DNA of 64,000 bases from Candidatus Actinomarina sp. GTDB lineage: Bacteria; Actinomycetota; Acidimicrobiia; Actinomarinales; Actinomarinaceae. Positions 1 to 10,838 of this stretch are shown here, piece by piece; position 1 is the first letter of the stretch, and each line of letters begins with the position of its first letter. Below the pieces are notes generated by a model. It searched no databases and was not told the DNA's origin. It worked only from the letters and a program-made list of their open reading frames with translations. Location of the stretch: positions 914 to 64,913 of the forward strand of contig JBJKUD010000023.1 of NCBI GenBank assembly GCA_045563315.1, written 5' to 3'. Position numbers and translations under genes: made by a program.

Positions 1-115
1 GTGACAGTATTCAAAATTTTATATATCCAAAAAGAAAAAAATATTATCCAAATAAAAAAGAACTAAATAAAAATTCAAGAGCTAATTCTGCAACATTAAG
101 GTACGTAAGAAAAAT

Positions 116-439
116 ATGAGGAAAAAATACATATTTAGATTCACCTATATTGTTCTAGCAGCTTCAGTGGTTCTATCTTTGTTTATAAATTTGAGAATAA
201 ATGAAATTTCAAAAGAACTTTCAGTTATTAATTCTGAAATAGTTGAATTAGAGCGATCTAAAGCAAATCTTAATATTGAATATATTAGAAAATATTCTTT
301 TGAAAATATTGAAAATTTATCCAAACTAAAATCTTATGTACGATTACGAGTTAACAATTTAAATTTAGATTTAGAAACCCCATACAAAATGAATACTGAA
401 GAGGTTAAAGAAACGACAGTTATGGGTTTTGGAAGATGA
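116..439 (+). CDS. FtsL/DivIC-like cell division protein (single N-terminal TM helix, then coiled-coil)
   Basis: 107-aa ORF immediately upstream of ftsI and overlapping it (ATGA). One hydrophobic helix (IVLAASVVLSLFINL) followed by a heptad-like segment; position is typical for ftsL. Seen in sequence plus synteny inference. Confidence 0.45.
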   Translation: MRKKYIFRFTYIVLAASVVLSLFINLRINEISKELSVINSEIVELERSKANLNIEYIRKYSFENIENLSKLKSYVRLRVNNLNLDLETPYKMNTEEVKETTVMGFGR

Positions 440-2112
440 AACTTTCATCAAACAAAATAAAACTTAACTTTTTATTTGCTTTGGTGTTGTTCCTTGTAAC
501 TTCTGGATCATATTTATTCATTCAAAAAGTATATTCATTACAATTTATCCAATCAGATTTTTTTGAAAATCAAGCATTGTCATATCGAGAAAGGGTAGAA
601 ATACTTGAAGCAAAAAGAGGAACTATCTATGATAAAAACTTCAATGTTTTAGCAGGTAGTGTCCAATCTTATAATGTTGCTCTAAAGTCTAATGAAATTG
701 ATGATTTAGGATTTGTTAGCGTTCTGTCTTCATTGCTAGATTTAGATGAAGTAGAAATTTTAAAAAAAATAACCGATAATTCTAAATTTTTCTATCTAAA
801 AAGAAATGTTGATTTTGAAACTGGGAACAAAATAAAATCCTGGAATTTTAATGGTATTCATCTCGAACATTCAGATAAAAGGAATGTTTATGATTCATCG
901 ACCTCAAATATAATAGGATTTGTTGATCCTGATGGAAATGGAATTGAAGGGCTAGAACTTTATTTTGATACTCTTTTAAAAGGAGAAGATGGTGAATTAA
1001 GATATGAATCAGCTCCCAATGGTGCAATAATTCCACAAGGAGAAATAAAAACTATTCAACCCAAGCACGGAGATGATTTGATTCTATCAATTGATTCAGA
1101 ACTCCAGTATCTTACTGAAAATCTTTGTTTAGATGCTCTTAATGACACTCAAGCCTTTATGTGTTCAGTTGTATTTGCTAATGCTGTGACAGGGGAAATT
1201 TTAATTTCTGCAGAAGAATCTTCAGCAAATAATGATTATTTTAATATTGATTTAATTAGTGCAAGAGCAAATTATGAACCTGGTTCAGCATTGAAAATTT
1301 TTACCATAGGTTCTTTAATTGAAAGTGGGGATATTAATGAAAATGATGTTTACTTGGTTGAAGATAAGATAGAAATTATTGATGGATCATGTAAAGATGA
1401 TTTTGAGGGTTACAAAGGGTGCTTTAGAGACTTTCTTAAACATGAGCCTATCAATCTTTCAGTTAAAGAGATTATCGAAAGATCATCTAATGTAGGAACA
1501 GTTAAAATTGTTAACGCTGGAAATATAAATGAAGTTGAGATATTTCTAAAAAAGTTTGGATTTGGATCTAAAACAGGAGTTGAGCTGTCCGGAGAGTCAA
1601 AAGGATCGTTTACTGAATATAAAACTTGTAAAACATGTTTGAGTTCTTTATCAATAGGTTATTCGATAAATACTACTCAATATCAAATGGTAAAAGCTTA
1701 CAGCATAATTGCTAATGAAGGTTCAGAATTGAATCTTTCACTAACTAGAAATAATGAACAAAGCATCAATAGCAAAAGTGTAATAGATCATAATTTAGCA
1801 AAAAGGTTAAAGACACTTCTCATTAATGTTGTAGAAGGACCTAATGGAACAGGAAAATCATTAAAGATGAATGATTATGTTATTGGTGGGAAAACAGGAA
1901 CCAGTAGAACTTATTTAGAAGGTATAGGTTATTCGAATGATAGATTCACAACTTCCTTCACTGGATTTATTGAGACGACTAATGGGCCAATTGTAGGCTC
2001 TGTAATATTATGGGGTGCAAAGGGTTCACCAATTTCCGAATATGTAACAGGTGGTTCTACAGCTGCTCCTATATTCAAAAGCATTGTAAGAAATCTGGTT
2101 CCAAGTGGTTAA
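436..2112 (+). CDS. ftsI: Penicillin-binding protein / peptidoglycan transpeptidase FtsI
   Basis: N-terminal TM anchor and transpeptidase motifs: SxxK (GSALK), SxN (SSN), KTG (GGKTGTS). Location in dcw cluster. Confidence 0.85.
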   Translation: MKLSSNKIKLNFLFALVLFLVTSGSYLFIQKVYSLQFIQSDFFENQALSYRERVEILEAKRGTIYDKNFNVLAGSVQSYNVALKSNEIDDLGFVSVLSSLLDLDEVEILKKITDNSKFFYLKRNVDFETGNKIKSWNFNGIHLEHSDKRNVYDSSTSNIIGFVDPDGNGIEGLELYFDTLLKGEDGELRYESAPNGAIIPQGEIKTIQPKHGDDLILSIDSELQYLTENLCLDALNDTQAFMCSVVFANAVTGEILISAEESSANNDYFNIDLISARANYEPGSALKIFTIGSLIESGDINENDVYLVEDKIEIIDGSCKDDFEGYKGCFRDFLKHEPINLSVKEIIERSSNVGTVKIVNAGNINEVEIFLKKFGFGSKTGVELSGESKGSFTEYKTCKTCLSSLSIGYSINTTQYQMVKAYSIIANEGSELNLSLTRNNEQSINSKSVIDHNLAKRLKTLLINVVEGPNGTGKSLKMNDYVIGGKTGTSRTYLEGIGYSNDRFTTSFTGFIETTNGPIVGSVILWGAKGSPISEYVTGGSTAAPIFKSIVRNLVPSG

Positions 2113-3517
2113 TATGAAAAAATTAAATTTAAAAAATTTGAGCTTTTCAGAAAATGATATCAAGAAATTTGTAAATAGTTCATCAGATGTTGAATATGAT
2201 TCAATCCTTTTTATAGATAATAAGAATAGTGAAAAGCTTGATAGATACGTAAATGAATCTTTGACTAAAAATCCAAAAACAATATTCACTTCTGAAAGAT
2301 GCAATGTAAACAATGAAAAAATTGTAAAAGTTTCAAATTATGATGAAGTTTTAACTCAAGCCTATAGCTATCTTTGTGCTGATTATAAGACAAGAACTTA
2401 TTTTGGCATTACTGGGACTAATGGAAAAACAACTACTGGGCATTATTTAGAACAAATTTTGGGGGATAAGACTCTATTTATTGGAACAAACAATGAAAAT
2501 CTATTTCATGATATAACAAAAGATAAACATCTTACATCACCAAAATTATTTAATATTTTAAAATTTTTAGGTAAATCTGAGAACAGAAAATATGAAAATA
2601 TAATTTTAGAAGCCTCTTCTCATGCTCTTCATCAAGAAAGATTTAAAGGTATTAAATTTAATACTTCAGGATTTACAAATCTTTCTAGAGATCATTTTGA
2701 TTATCACGAAAATTTTGATAATTATTTTGAAGCTAAATTAAAACTTTTTTCAAAAAGTTTATCTGAAAAGTTTGTTTATTTTGATAGTAAATGGGGAAAT
2801 AAAATTTACGAGAATGCTGCCATACCATCTTTTAGAATTGGTAAAAATGCAGATTCAAACCTTAGAATCATTAAAGAAGAATTATTTCCAAACATTAAAA
2901 TGCAAATTCAAATAAATGATAAAAATTATGATTTTAATTTAAACGTTACTGGACCAAATTTTAATCTAAATTTCTTACTTGCTTTTTCAATGGCTTATTT
3001 TTCTGAAAAACTTGATATAGATAATTTTCATAAAAATTTAACAAACATTCATAATCCAATTGGTAGATTTGAAATAATTAATTACAAAACAAACAAAATA
3101 ATTATTGATTACGCTCACACCCCTGAGGCAATTAATACAATAATTAATTTTTCTAAAAATTATTTTTCAAACGTATCTGTAATATTTGGAGCAGGTGGAA
3201 ATAGAGATATTGAAAAACGTAAACTTATGGGGAATGCTTCGAAAAATGCAGATCAAGTAATAATCACAAATGATAATCCAAGAGATGAAGATCCTGAAAA
3301 GATAGCAAAAGACATATTAGAAGGCTGCAATAAAGATCAAACAGTTGTAATTCTAAATAGAAAAGAAGCAATAACTTATGGTATTAACCAACTCAATGAC
3401 AACTCAGTTTTATTAGTATTAGGTAAAGGGCATGAAATGCATCAAGAAATAGATGGAAAAAAAATTAAGTTCAACGACACTGACTATATTTCTACTCTTT
3501 TAGGAGAATCAAATTGA
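2105..3517 (+). CDS. murE: UDP-N-acetylmuramoyl-L-alanyl-D-glutamate--2,6-diaminopimelate ligase MurE
   Basis: Mur ligase P-loop GITGTNGKTTT and DNPR motif near C-terminus (ITNDNPRDEDP); position between ftsI and mraY. Confidence 0.8.
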   Translation: MVNMKKLNLKNLSFSENDIKKFVNSSSDVEYDSILFIDNKNSEKLDRYVNESLTKNPKTIFTSERCNVNNEKIVKVSNYDEVLTQAYSYLCADYKTRTYFGITGTNGKTTTGHYLEQILGDKTLFIGTNNENLFHDITKDKHLTSPKLFNILKFLGKSENRKYENIILEASSHALHQERFKGIKFNTSGFTNLSRDHFDYHENFDNYFEAKLKLFSKSLSEKFVYFDSKWGNKIYENAAIPSFRIGKNADSNLRIIKEELFPNIKMQIQINDKNYDFNLNVTGPNFNLNFLLAFSMAYFSEKLDIDNFHKNLTNIHNPIGRFEIINYKTNKIIIDYAHTPEAINTIINFSKNYFSNVSVIFGAGGNRDIEKRKLMGNASKNADQVIITNDNPRDEDPEKIAKDILEGCNKDQTVVILNRKEAITYGINQLNDNSVLLVLGKGHEMHQEIDGKKIKFNDTDYISTLLGESN

Positions 3518-4572
3518 TAGCAATTATTGTTGCCGGAGCAATCGCTTTTATTTTTGTAATTCTTTCAACTTCAATCGGGGTGAATTATTTTAAAACTAGA
3601 AATATTGGGCAACCAATACAGGAAGAAGTAGTTTTTCATGATCATAAAAAAGGCACTCCGACAATGGGAGGGGTGTTCATAATTTTTGGAACTTATGCAG
3701 GATACATACTTTCACATATCAATTTCTGGACAATTGGTGATGGTTTTAAGGTTGAGTTAACAAGTATAAATCCAGTAATTTTAATTTCACTTTCATTAGG
3801 AACATTGATGGGTTGTGTAGGTTTAATTGATGATTTACTAAAAGTTCGTAAAAATAGAAACCTAGGACTACGAGCAAGAAATAAAATTCTTCTACAAATT
3901 TTTGTAGGATCTATCACAAGTCTTTATTTTTACAATCTTGATTATTCTTCAACATTTTATTTTTTCAGTGGATTTGGTTTTGAAGTTGGTTTTTTAAAAT
4001 GGATAATTATCACATTTTTAATAGTTGGAATTACTAATTCAGTCAACCTTACAGATGGCCTTGATGGGCTAGTAGCCGGTTCATCATCTGTTTCATTTGG
4101 AGGCATTCTAATTATTTCATTTTGGATATTCAGACATCCAGAATATTACTCAAGTTTTATGAAGAATGAAATTCTTGATCTTGATCTTTCTATACTAGTC
4201 TCTGCTTTAGCTGGTTCAGCACTTGGATTTTTATGGTGGAATACTAATCCTGCAAAAATAATAATGGGAGATGTAGGATCCCATTTTATTGGCTCAATGT
4301 TTCCAATAATTCTCATTTCAATTGGAGCTGATGGATTAATTTTGTTTTTTTGCTTTCTTTACATTTTTGAAGCTTTGTCTGTAATTATGCAAGTATCATC
4401 CTATAAATTCAGACAAAAAAGAATTTTTAAAATGACACCAATTCATCATCATTTCGAGATGAGCGGATGGGCTGAAACAACAATAATTGTCAGATTTTGG
4501 ATTATTAACGGGATATTTATAGTTATAGGGCTCGGTCTATTTTATGGAGACTGGGTATTGTTTGGAAATTAA
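3514..4572 (+). CDS. mraY: Phospho-N-acetylmuramoyl-pentapeptide transferase MraY
   Basis: Polytopic membrane protein with conserved NLTDGLDGL and PIHHHFE motifs. Confidence 0.95.
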   Translation: MIAIIVAGAIAFIFVILSTSIGVNYFKTRNIGQPIQEEVVFHDHKKGTPTMGGVFIIFGTYAGYILSHINFWTIGDGFKVELTSINPVILISLSLGTLMGCVGLIDDLLKVRKNRNLGLRARNKILLQIFVGSITSLYFYNLDYSSTFYFFSGFGFEVGFLKWIIITFLIVGITNSVNLTDGLDGLVAGSSSVSFGGILIISFWIFRHPEYYSSFMKNEILDLDLSILVSALAGSALGFLWWNTNPAKIIMGDVGSHFIGSMFPIILISIGADGLILFFCFLYIFEALSVIMQVSSYKFRQKRIFKMTPIHHHFEMSGWAETTIIVRFWIINGIFIVIGLGLFYGDWVLFGN

Positions 4573-5787
4573 GTGAAAACATTAATTTTTGGATATGGTG
4601 TAACTGGAAAAGCAGTAGAAAAGTTTTTAAAAAACAAATCTAAAGAATATTTAATTTATGATGATAATGAAGATGTTCTTATTGATGTTAAAAAAGAATT
4701 TCTCTTTAATAATTCACAAATTGATAAAATTGACGAAATTGTAATCTCTCCTGGTATAAACCCTAGACACGATAAGTTTAAAAAATTGAATGCTAAAAAA
4801 AAGATAATTACAGATATTGATTTATTTTCAAAAGAGTTTGAAGGGAAATTTATCGGTGTTACCGGAACAAACGGAAAGACCACATTTGTAAATTTGTTAT
4901 CAGAGTTTATGAATACTAAAGGATTCAATGCGGTTGCATGTGGAAATGTAGGAGTTTCACCATTAAATATCAATTTCACAGAGAATGATTATGCAATTGT
5001 AGAACTATCTAGTTTTCAACTTTATTATGCTTCAAATCTTGAAATTGACATTGGTGTATTTCTGAATTTTCATTCGGATCATCTTGACTGGCATAAAGAT
5101 GAAGAAGAATATAAAAAATCAAAATTAAAATTAGTATCCTTCTTAAATTCAAATGACAATTTAGTAACTGGTTTTAATACATTTTCTGAAACACATTTAG
5201 AAAATGTATTAGATATTCATATTGATAAAAATAAAGATGACCTTTTAATGAGCACTTATAACTTCGATAATACAAGTTATCCTATCGATACATGCTTGTC
5301 TTTTTTAAAGATTTTAGAAAAATTAGATATAAATCTTAATGAAGGTTACGAATACTTAAAGAAGGAAATGAATTCAGAGCATCGATTTGAATTTGTTGAT
5401 TCAATTAATGGTACAAAATTTATTAACGACTCGAAAGCTACTAATTTTCATTCTATGTCAGTAGCTACATCAAAAGTTAAGAGTGCACTTTTAATTATGC
5501 ATGGAGTAACAAAAAACATTCCACATGATGGAATACATATTTCAAATGAAGTAAAAAAGATAATTATTCCTAACAATATGAATATCGATATGAAGATTCC
5601 AAATTGTGAAATACTTAAAATTGATTCGATTTTAAATCTTGAAAGCTATCTTGCAGAAGAGTATCAAAACTTTGAGACAATTTTATTTTCATGCGGGGGT
5701 GCAAGTTTCTCTGATTTTAAAGACTATAAGGATAGAGGTACATTCTTTAGAAAACTTGTTAGAAATCTCAAGGAAAATGAAAAATGA
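4573..5787 (+). CDS. murD: UDP-N-acetylmuramoylalanine--D-glutamate ligase MurD
   Basis: GTG start; Mur ligase P-loop GVTGTNGKTT; position between mraY and ftsW. Confidence 0.8.
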   Translation: MKTLIFGYGVTGKAVEKFLKNKSKEYLIYDDNEDVLIDVKKEFLFNNSQIDKIDEIVISPGINPRHDKFKKLNAKKKIITDIDLFSKEFEGKFIGVTGTNGKTTFVNLLSEFMNTKGFNAVACGNVGVSPLNINFTENDYAIVELSSFQLYYASNLEIDIGVFLNFHSDHLDWHKDEEEYKKSKLKLVSFLNSNDNLVTGFNTFSETHLENVLDIHIDKNKDDLLMSTYNFDNTSYPIDTCLSFLKILEKLDINLNEGYEYLKKEMNSEHRFEFVDSINGTKFINDSKATNFHSMSVATSKVKSALLIMHGVTKNIPHDGIHISNEVKKIIIPNNMNIDMKIPNCEILKIDSILNLESYLAEEYQNFETILFSCGGASFSDFKDYKDRGTFFRKLVRNLKENEK

Positions 5788-6872
5788 ATTTAACATATTC
5801 ATTTTTTCAACGATTGAATCTTTTTAGTATATGGTTTTTGGTTACTTTTGGAATTTTAGTGAATATATCTGCTTCATCTGTACAAGGTTTAAATCAATTC
5901 AACGATAATTTTTATTTCATAAAGCGCCATGTAATTGCTGTTTTAATTGGAGTTATAATTTTCAATATCGGAAAGAAAATAAATTTTTATTCTCACAGCC
6001 GCTTAATTAACCTTTCGATTGTATTCGTAACAACTGCATTATTTTTTGTATTAACTTACGGGATAGTCAGAGGTGGCAGTAGAAGATGGGTAGATCTTGG
6101 AATAATAAATTTTCAACCAAGTGAACTGGCTAAACCGATAATTATACTTTGGGTTGCTTATCAGCTTACAAATATGGATCCAAAATTTAAAAATTTATTT
6201 TATCTTAGAAGAGCTATGTCACTACCACTTGTTTGTTGCTTTTTCATATACCTTCAACCAGATTACGGAACTACTGTAACAATATTTGGAATCTTGTTAG
6301 CTCAAATAATATTTTCAAGAATTGATTTCAAATACCCAGTTGGAATCTTGTCCCTTTCTGTTGTGCCTCTCTACTTTTTAGCTATTTCTGGAAGTTATAG
6401 ATTTGACAGAATAACAACTTGGCTGGATAGAGATTGTGATAATGGTATCGACTTGCTTGGAGCATGTTTTCAGTTAAATCAAAGTAGAATCGCAATTAGC
6501 TCTGGAGGGATGTTTGGTTTGGGTCCTGGAACATCTCGAGCAAGATGGGGAATGTTACCCAACTCTCATACAGACTTTATAGCATCTATAATCGGCGAGG
6601 AATATGGCTTTGTGGGATTATTAATTTTTGTAGTAATACTCGGATTTCTAATTATTTCCTTTTATGGGTTAGCGATTTCAACTAGAAGCGAATTCAAGAA
6701 ATTAATATTTGTAGGATTAGGTTCCTGGGTATTTATTCAAACAGCTATAAATTTAGGGGGAGCAGTAGGTCTTTTACCAATAACCGGGATAGTGTTGCCA
6801 TTCATATCATACGGGAGTAGTGCAATGGTTGCATTATTTAGTGGAATAGCATTAGGGTATTCAAAAATATGA
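5784..6872 (+). CDS. ftsW: SEDS-family peptidoglycan glycosyltransferase FtsW
   Basis: 10-TM FtsW/RodA/SpoVE-like sequence; dcw position between murD and murG. Confidence 0.9.
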   Translation: MNLTYSFFQRLNLFSIWFLVTFGILVNISASSVQGLNQFNDNFYFIKRHVIAVLIGVIIFNIGKKINFYSHSRLINLSIVFVTTALFFVLTYGIVRGGSRRWVDLGIINFQPSELAKPIIILWVAYQLTNMDPKFKNLFYLRRAMSLPLVCCFFIYLQPDYGTTVTIFGILLAQIIFSRIDFKYPVGILSLSVVPLYFLAISGSYRFDRITTWLDRDCDNGIDLLGACFQLNQSRIAISSGGMFGLGPGTSRARWGMLPNSHTDFIASIIGEEYGFVGLLIFVVILGFLIISFYGLAISTRSEFKKLIFVGLGSWVFIQTAINLGGAVGLLPITGIVLPFISYGSSAMVALFSGIALGYSKI

Positions 6873-7906
6873 ATCAAAATAAAATTATTTTCTTTTGTGT
6901 TGGAACAGGAGGACATGTACTTCCAGTTAAGAATATTATTGAAGAATTATTAAATATTGGAGTATCAAATAACCAAATTGAAATAGTCACTGACAATAGA
7001 GGCTATAAGTTCCTAGAAGAAGTTCACGTAAAGAGGTATATGGTTGATGTGTACAGATCAAATAAGGGAAAAATAGGATATTTATTAAATATAAATAAGG
7101 TTTTTAAAACAATCTCAAATATAAATAAACAAGTTGATTTTAAACATACAAAATTAATTTTTACAACAGGGTCATACATTGCTCCTGTCGCAGCGTATTT
7201 GAGTTGGAGAAAAAAAATAAAATTATTTATCCAAGAACAGAATATTTACACAGGGTTAGGAAATAAAATAGCATCTTATTTTAAAAGTACAGTGTTTACT
7301 TCATATGCAGATACAAAAAATGTAAATCAAAAAAATCTCAAATTTGTGGGACCAATAATTCAAAGAGATATAAAGAAGTCTAAAAAAATTAGAAAGAAAC
7401 AAATAGTAATTGGGATACAAGGTGGAAGTCAGGGCTCTAAGGAAATAAATAATTATATATATAAATACTTAGAAAACCATAGATTAAGCAACATAAAAAT
7501 ACTACATATTGTTGGTCCATCAAATTTTGATAAATCAAAAAAATTTAATAATTATCAACAATTGGAATATGTAGACAATATGATTGATTTTTATAAACAA
7601 ATTGACATACAGATTTCAAGAGCTGGAGGAGGTATTCTTGAAGCTTTATTTCTAAACATACCTGTAATACTGATTCCTTATAAATTAGGAACTACATCAT
7701 CACATCAGCAGCTAAATGCTAAATATTTAGTCGATAATAAATTTGGAATAATATGTCAAAGTTACTCTGATGTTGAAAATGAGCTTTTGCTAATTGATAA
7801 TACAAATACTGAATGGTTAAATAAATTTAAATTTGACAACAAAGTAGAAAGCGGTAATTCAAAAATTATTACAGGGATTATTAAGGAAATTAGAAATGAA
7901 TTATAA
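6869..7906 (+). CDS. murG: UDP-N-acetylglucosamine--N-acetylmuramyl-(pentapeptide) pyrophosphoryl-undecaprenol N-acetylglucosamine transferase MurG
   Basis: N-terminal G-loop GTGGHVLP, GGSQGS motif, GT28 organisation. Confidence 0.85.
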   Translation: MNQNKIIFFCVGTGGHVLPVKNIIEELLNIGVSNNQIEIVTDNRGYKFLEEVHVKRYMVDVYRSNKGKIGYLLNINKVFKTISNINKQVDFKHTKLIFTTGSYIAPVAAYLSWRKKIKLFIQEQNIYTGLGNKIASYFKSTVFTSYADTKNVNQKNLKFVGPIIQRDIKKSKKIRKKQIVIGIQGGSQGSKEINNYIYKYLENHRLSNIKILHIVGPSNFDKSKKFNNYQQLEYVDNMIDFYKQIDIQISRAGGGILEALFLNIPVILIPYKLGTTSSHQQLNAKYLVDNKFGIICQSYSDVENELLLIDNTNTEWLNKFKFDNKVESGNSKIITGIIKEIRNEL

Positions 7907-9206
7907 AAGTATTTATGTTTTAGGAATTGGTGGATCTGGCATGAGCTCCATTGGTAAATATTTAAAACAAAAAGGCATGAATGTAGTCGGTTACGATCAG
8001 AGAAAATCTTTTATTACAAACCTTTTAAAACAAGATGGAATTGATGTAGTTTTTTCTGAAACTGAAATACCTTATGACGAAGATAATTTATACATATATT
8101 CAAGTGCAATTTCAATTGAGTCAAAAAAGTTTTCACAATTTCACGGTAAAGAAAATGTATTATCACGCCCTGAATTTCTAAAAGCTTTATCAAAGGAAAA
8201 CAAGATAATTGGAGTAACGGGTACTCATGGAAAAACATCTACAACCGCATTACTTTCACACATTTTTCATTACAACAATGTAAACGTATCTTACATTTAT
8301 GGAGGAGTAACAAAATTTAATGGAATAGGAGGGCATTATGGAGATTCAAATCTGCCAATTATTTTAGAGACTGATGAAGCATTTAATACTTTTGAGAAAA
8401 TTCTTATATCTGATCTTTTAGTTTTGAATATTGATAGCGATCATTTAGATTTCTTTAAAAATTTTAATAATTATAAAGATGCGTTTCTTAAAGTTATGAA
8501 AAATGTGAAAGGTAATCTGGTAATTAATAATGACGACCCAGTTCTACAAAACGTTGAAGGGTTTGATCAATCGATCACATATGGAAAATATAAAGACTCT
8601 AATTTTTTAATCTTGAATCCAGAAAAATTTCTTTATGATAATACGGAATATAATCTTAATTCAAACATATTAGGAGATCATTTTAGATCAAATATGATTG
8701 GTGCAATTATTTTAGCAATGAAAAATGGAATAAGTATTTCTGAATCCCTAGATGCAATTTCATCTTTTCCTGGAGTAAAAAGAAGAACTGAGCTCATAGG
8801 AGTTGCTAAAGGAATATCAGTATACGATGATTACGGTCACCATCCAACTGAAATGAATGCAACAATAAAAGCATTGAAAAAAGTAACCAACAATAAATTA
8901 TATGTAGTTTTTCAACCTCATAGATATTCAAGAACAAAAGAATATTTTAATCTATTTAAAGACTCTTTAAGGAACTCAGATTTTTCAATAGTTACTGATA
9001 TTTATCCTGCCGGTGAAGATCCAATTCCTGGAATTTTTAGCAAAAACTTTGAAAGTGAGAACATTAAATACTTGCAATCAACTAGATATGTACCAGAGTA
9101 TTTATTACATAGAGTTGAAGAGGGAGATGTTATTTTAACTTTAGGCGCTGGTGATATAACTTTACTTGGACCTAAAATAATAAAGTATATAAATGAAAAT
9201 AAATAG
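7896..9206 (+). CDS. murC: UDP-N-acetylmuramate--L-alanine ligase MurC
   Basis: N-terminal GIGGSGMSSIGKYL, Mur P-loop GVTGTHGKTSTT. Confidence 0.9.
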   Translation: MNYKSIYVLGIGGSGMSSIGKYLKQKGMNVVGYDQRKSFITNLLKQDGIDVVFSETEIPYDEDNLYIYSSAISIESKKFSQFHGKENVLSRPEFLKALSKENKIIGVTGTHGKTSTTALLSHIFHYNNVNVSYIYGGVTKFNGIGGHYGDSNLPIILETDEAFNTFEKILISDLLVLNIDSDHLDFFKNFNNYKDAFLKVMKNVKGNLVINNDDPVLQNVEGFDQSITYGKYKDSNFLILNPEKFLYDNTEYNLNSNILGDHFRSNMIGAIILAMKNGISISESLDAISSFPGVKRRTELIGVAKGISVYDDYGHHPTEMNATIKALKKVTNNKLYVVFQPHRYSRTKEYFNLFKDSLRNSDFSIVTDIYPAGEDPIPGIFSKNFESENIKYLQSTRYVPEYLLHRVEEGDVILTLGAGDITLLGPKIIKYINENK

Positions 9207-10053
9207 TGTAGATTTATCAAAGGTAACAACCTATAGGTTTGGAGGTGTTTGTAATAGTTTTATACAGCTTGAGAACAAAGAAGATCTCAATGACCTGAGT
9301 GATTTAGTTTTAGGAAATGAAAATATCATTATTGGAAAAGGTTCTAATGTTGCTTTTTCTGATAAAACATTTAAAGGAAATGTAATAAATCCTAATTTTA
9401 CAAAAATTGAAAAGCTAAATGAAAGTGAGATTAAAGTCGGATCTTCGGTATTCTTGCCTGATTTATCAAGATACTATAAGGCAAATTCATATTCAAATGG
9501 TGAATTTTTGATAGGTATCCCAGGGACAGTAGGTGGTGCTGTAAAAATGAATGCTGGTGCTTATGATTGGGAATTTTCAGATTTAGTAAAAAATGTAGAG
9601 TGTTATGACTTAGAAACATCAAACATCTTAAATTTAAATAAGGAAAAATTAAATTTTTCCTATCGATCTTCCGAAAACCTGGACAATAAAATTATATTGA
9701 GTGCAACTTTAATCATTGAAAAAGGTGATTTAAATAAAATAAACGATAACTTAGCAAACTTTAATAAAATAAGAAAAAAAAGTCAGCCTCCTGCAATTTA
9801 CAATGCGGGTAGTGTTTTTAAAAATAATAAAGATTATGCAGCAGGAAAGCTTATCGATGAAGCAGGACTCAAAGGCTATGAAATTGACGGTGTAAGCGTA
9901 AGCGAAAAGCATGCAAATTTTTTTATAGCAAAAAAAGGGGCCAAAGCATTATCTTTATACAAACTCGTACAGCATGTAAAAGAACAGATTGATAATAAAT
10001 TTAGTATAAAACTAGAAGAAGAAATAATATTTATTGGCGAATTTGATTTATGA
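9193..10053 (+). CDS. murB: UDP-N-acetylenolpyruvoylglucosamine reductase MurB
   Basis: FAD-binding MurB-like N-terminus (FGGVCNSF...IGKGSNV), C-terminal MurB domain; dcw position after murC. Confidence 0.8.
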   Translation: MKINSVDLSKVTTYRFGGVCNSFIQLENKEDLNDLSDLVLGNENIIIGKGSNVAFSDKTFKGNVINPNFTKIEKLNESEIKVGSSVFLPDLSRYYKANSYSNGEFLIGIPGTVGGAVKMNAGAYDWEFSDLVKNVECYDLETSNILNLNKEKLNFSYRSSENLDNKIILSATLIIEKGDLNKINDNLANFNKIRKKSQPPAIYNAGSVFKNNKDYAAGKLIDEAGLKGYEIDGVSVSEKHANFFIAKKGAKALSLYKLVQHVKEQIDNKFSIKLEEEIIFIGEFDL

Positions 10054-10748
10054 ACCTAAGAAGCGAGGTCGAAAGTAAATCTTTTAAAACGTTTACTACT
10101 TTTACTTTAATTGTATCAATAATTCTTGCTCTTTTAGTAACCATATTTTCTTCTAAATATAGAGTTTCGAATATTATCTATAATGATGAACTTAACCTAA
10201 ATTATGAATCAATACAAAGTATTGAAAATTTATCAATTTGGTTGATAAATGACGACAATTTTCAGAAATTATATGAAGACAACTTAAATGTAAAAAATTT
10301 AGAAATTTCAAAGCAGTTGCCAAATACTGTAAATATAAATATAAATTTACATCAAAAAATTATCACCTATACAGATTTAAGAGATTCAAGTCCTAGTCAG
10401 ATGATTTTATATAAAAATTTGTATACAGAAAACTTTATATCTGAATATGACTTGCCAAATTTAATAATAACAAACGGTCCAATTGAAGATGGTTTTTACA
10501 GCGAGGTTATTTCTTTTATCTTGACTGTAGAAAAATACAAGATTGACCTTAGCAATCTTTCAATAACTTTTAACGGCAACGATTTTCTAATTAGTTACTC
10601 TGACACAACTATCAATGCTGGTAAACCGGTTGACCTCTCCAGGAAAGGAAGCGTCGTAGGCTACATACTCGAGAACGACAAATGTGAGGGGACTGTGTCA
10701 ATATTAGATACCGCAAATGATGACATTGAGACTTTATTTCAATGTTAA
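10050..10748 (+). CDS. ftsQ: Cell division protein FtsQ (TM anchor + POTRA-like)
   Basis: Single TM helix near N-terminus then extracytoplasmic domain; sits between murB and ftsZ as in all dcw clusters. Weak primary-sequence support, strong positional support. Confidence 0.6.
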   Translation: MNLRSEVESKSFKTFTTFTLIVSIILALLVTIFSSKYRVSNIIYNDELNLNYESIQSIENLSIWLINDDNFQKLYEDNLNVKNLEISKQLPNTVNININLHQKIITYTDLRDSSPSQMILYKNLYTENFISEYDLPNLIITNGPIEDGFYSEVISFILTVEKYKIDLSNLSITFNGNDFLISYSDTTINAGKPVDLSRKGSVVGYILENDKCEGTVSILDTANDDIETLFQC

Positions 10749-10775
10749 ATCTATATCTAAACTATAGATATAGAT
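10749..10775. promoter_or_regulatory. 11-bp perfect inverted repeat (ATCTATATCTA-n5-TAGATATAGAT) starting 1 nt after the ftsQ stop, in the ftsQ-ftsZ intergenic region
   Basis: Read directly from the sequence. Entirely A/T, so a poor intrinsic terminator; more likely a dimeric-regulator operator or an RNA processing hairpin in the ftsZ leader. Confidence 0.35.
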
Positions 10776-10838
10776 AAAATATAAAAAACTTTTTGTATAT
10801 ATCCTTAATTTTGATAATCTCTTAAATAAGGAAAATTT

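Noticed and set aside
1-115. Possible 3-prime end of an upstream gene (frame 1 open from nt 1 to TAA at 64-66) and promoter of the ftsL-like gene
   Set aside because: Only 21 codons visible (VTVFKILYIQKEKNIIQIKKN); cannot be identified, though rsmH would be expected here by synteny.
848-1036. Numerous short antisense/alternate-frame ORFs in the track (e.g. 848..1036, 3693..3917, 4656..4979, 11099..11317, 11774..11974, 19387..19584, 29714..29965, 30676..30978, 32613..32993, 35478..35780, 40103..40357, 41639..41884, 55575..55820)
   Set aside because: All lie inside strongly supported conserved genes on the opposite strand or in another frame and have no motifs. Expected background in AT-rich DNA.
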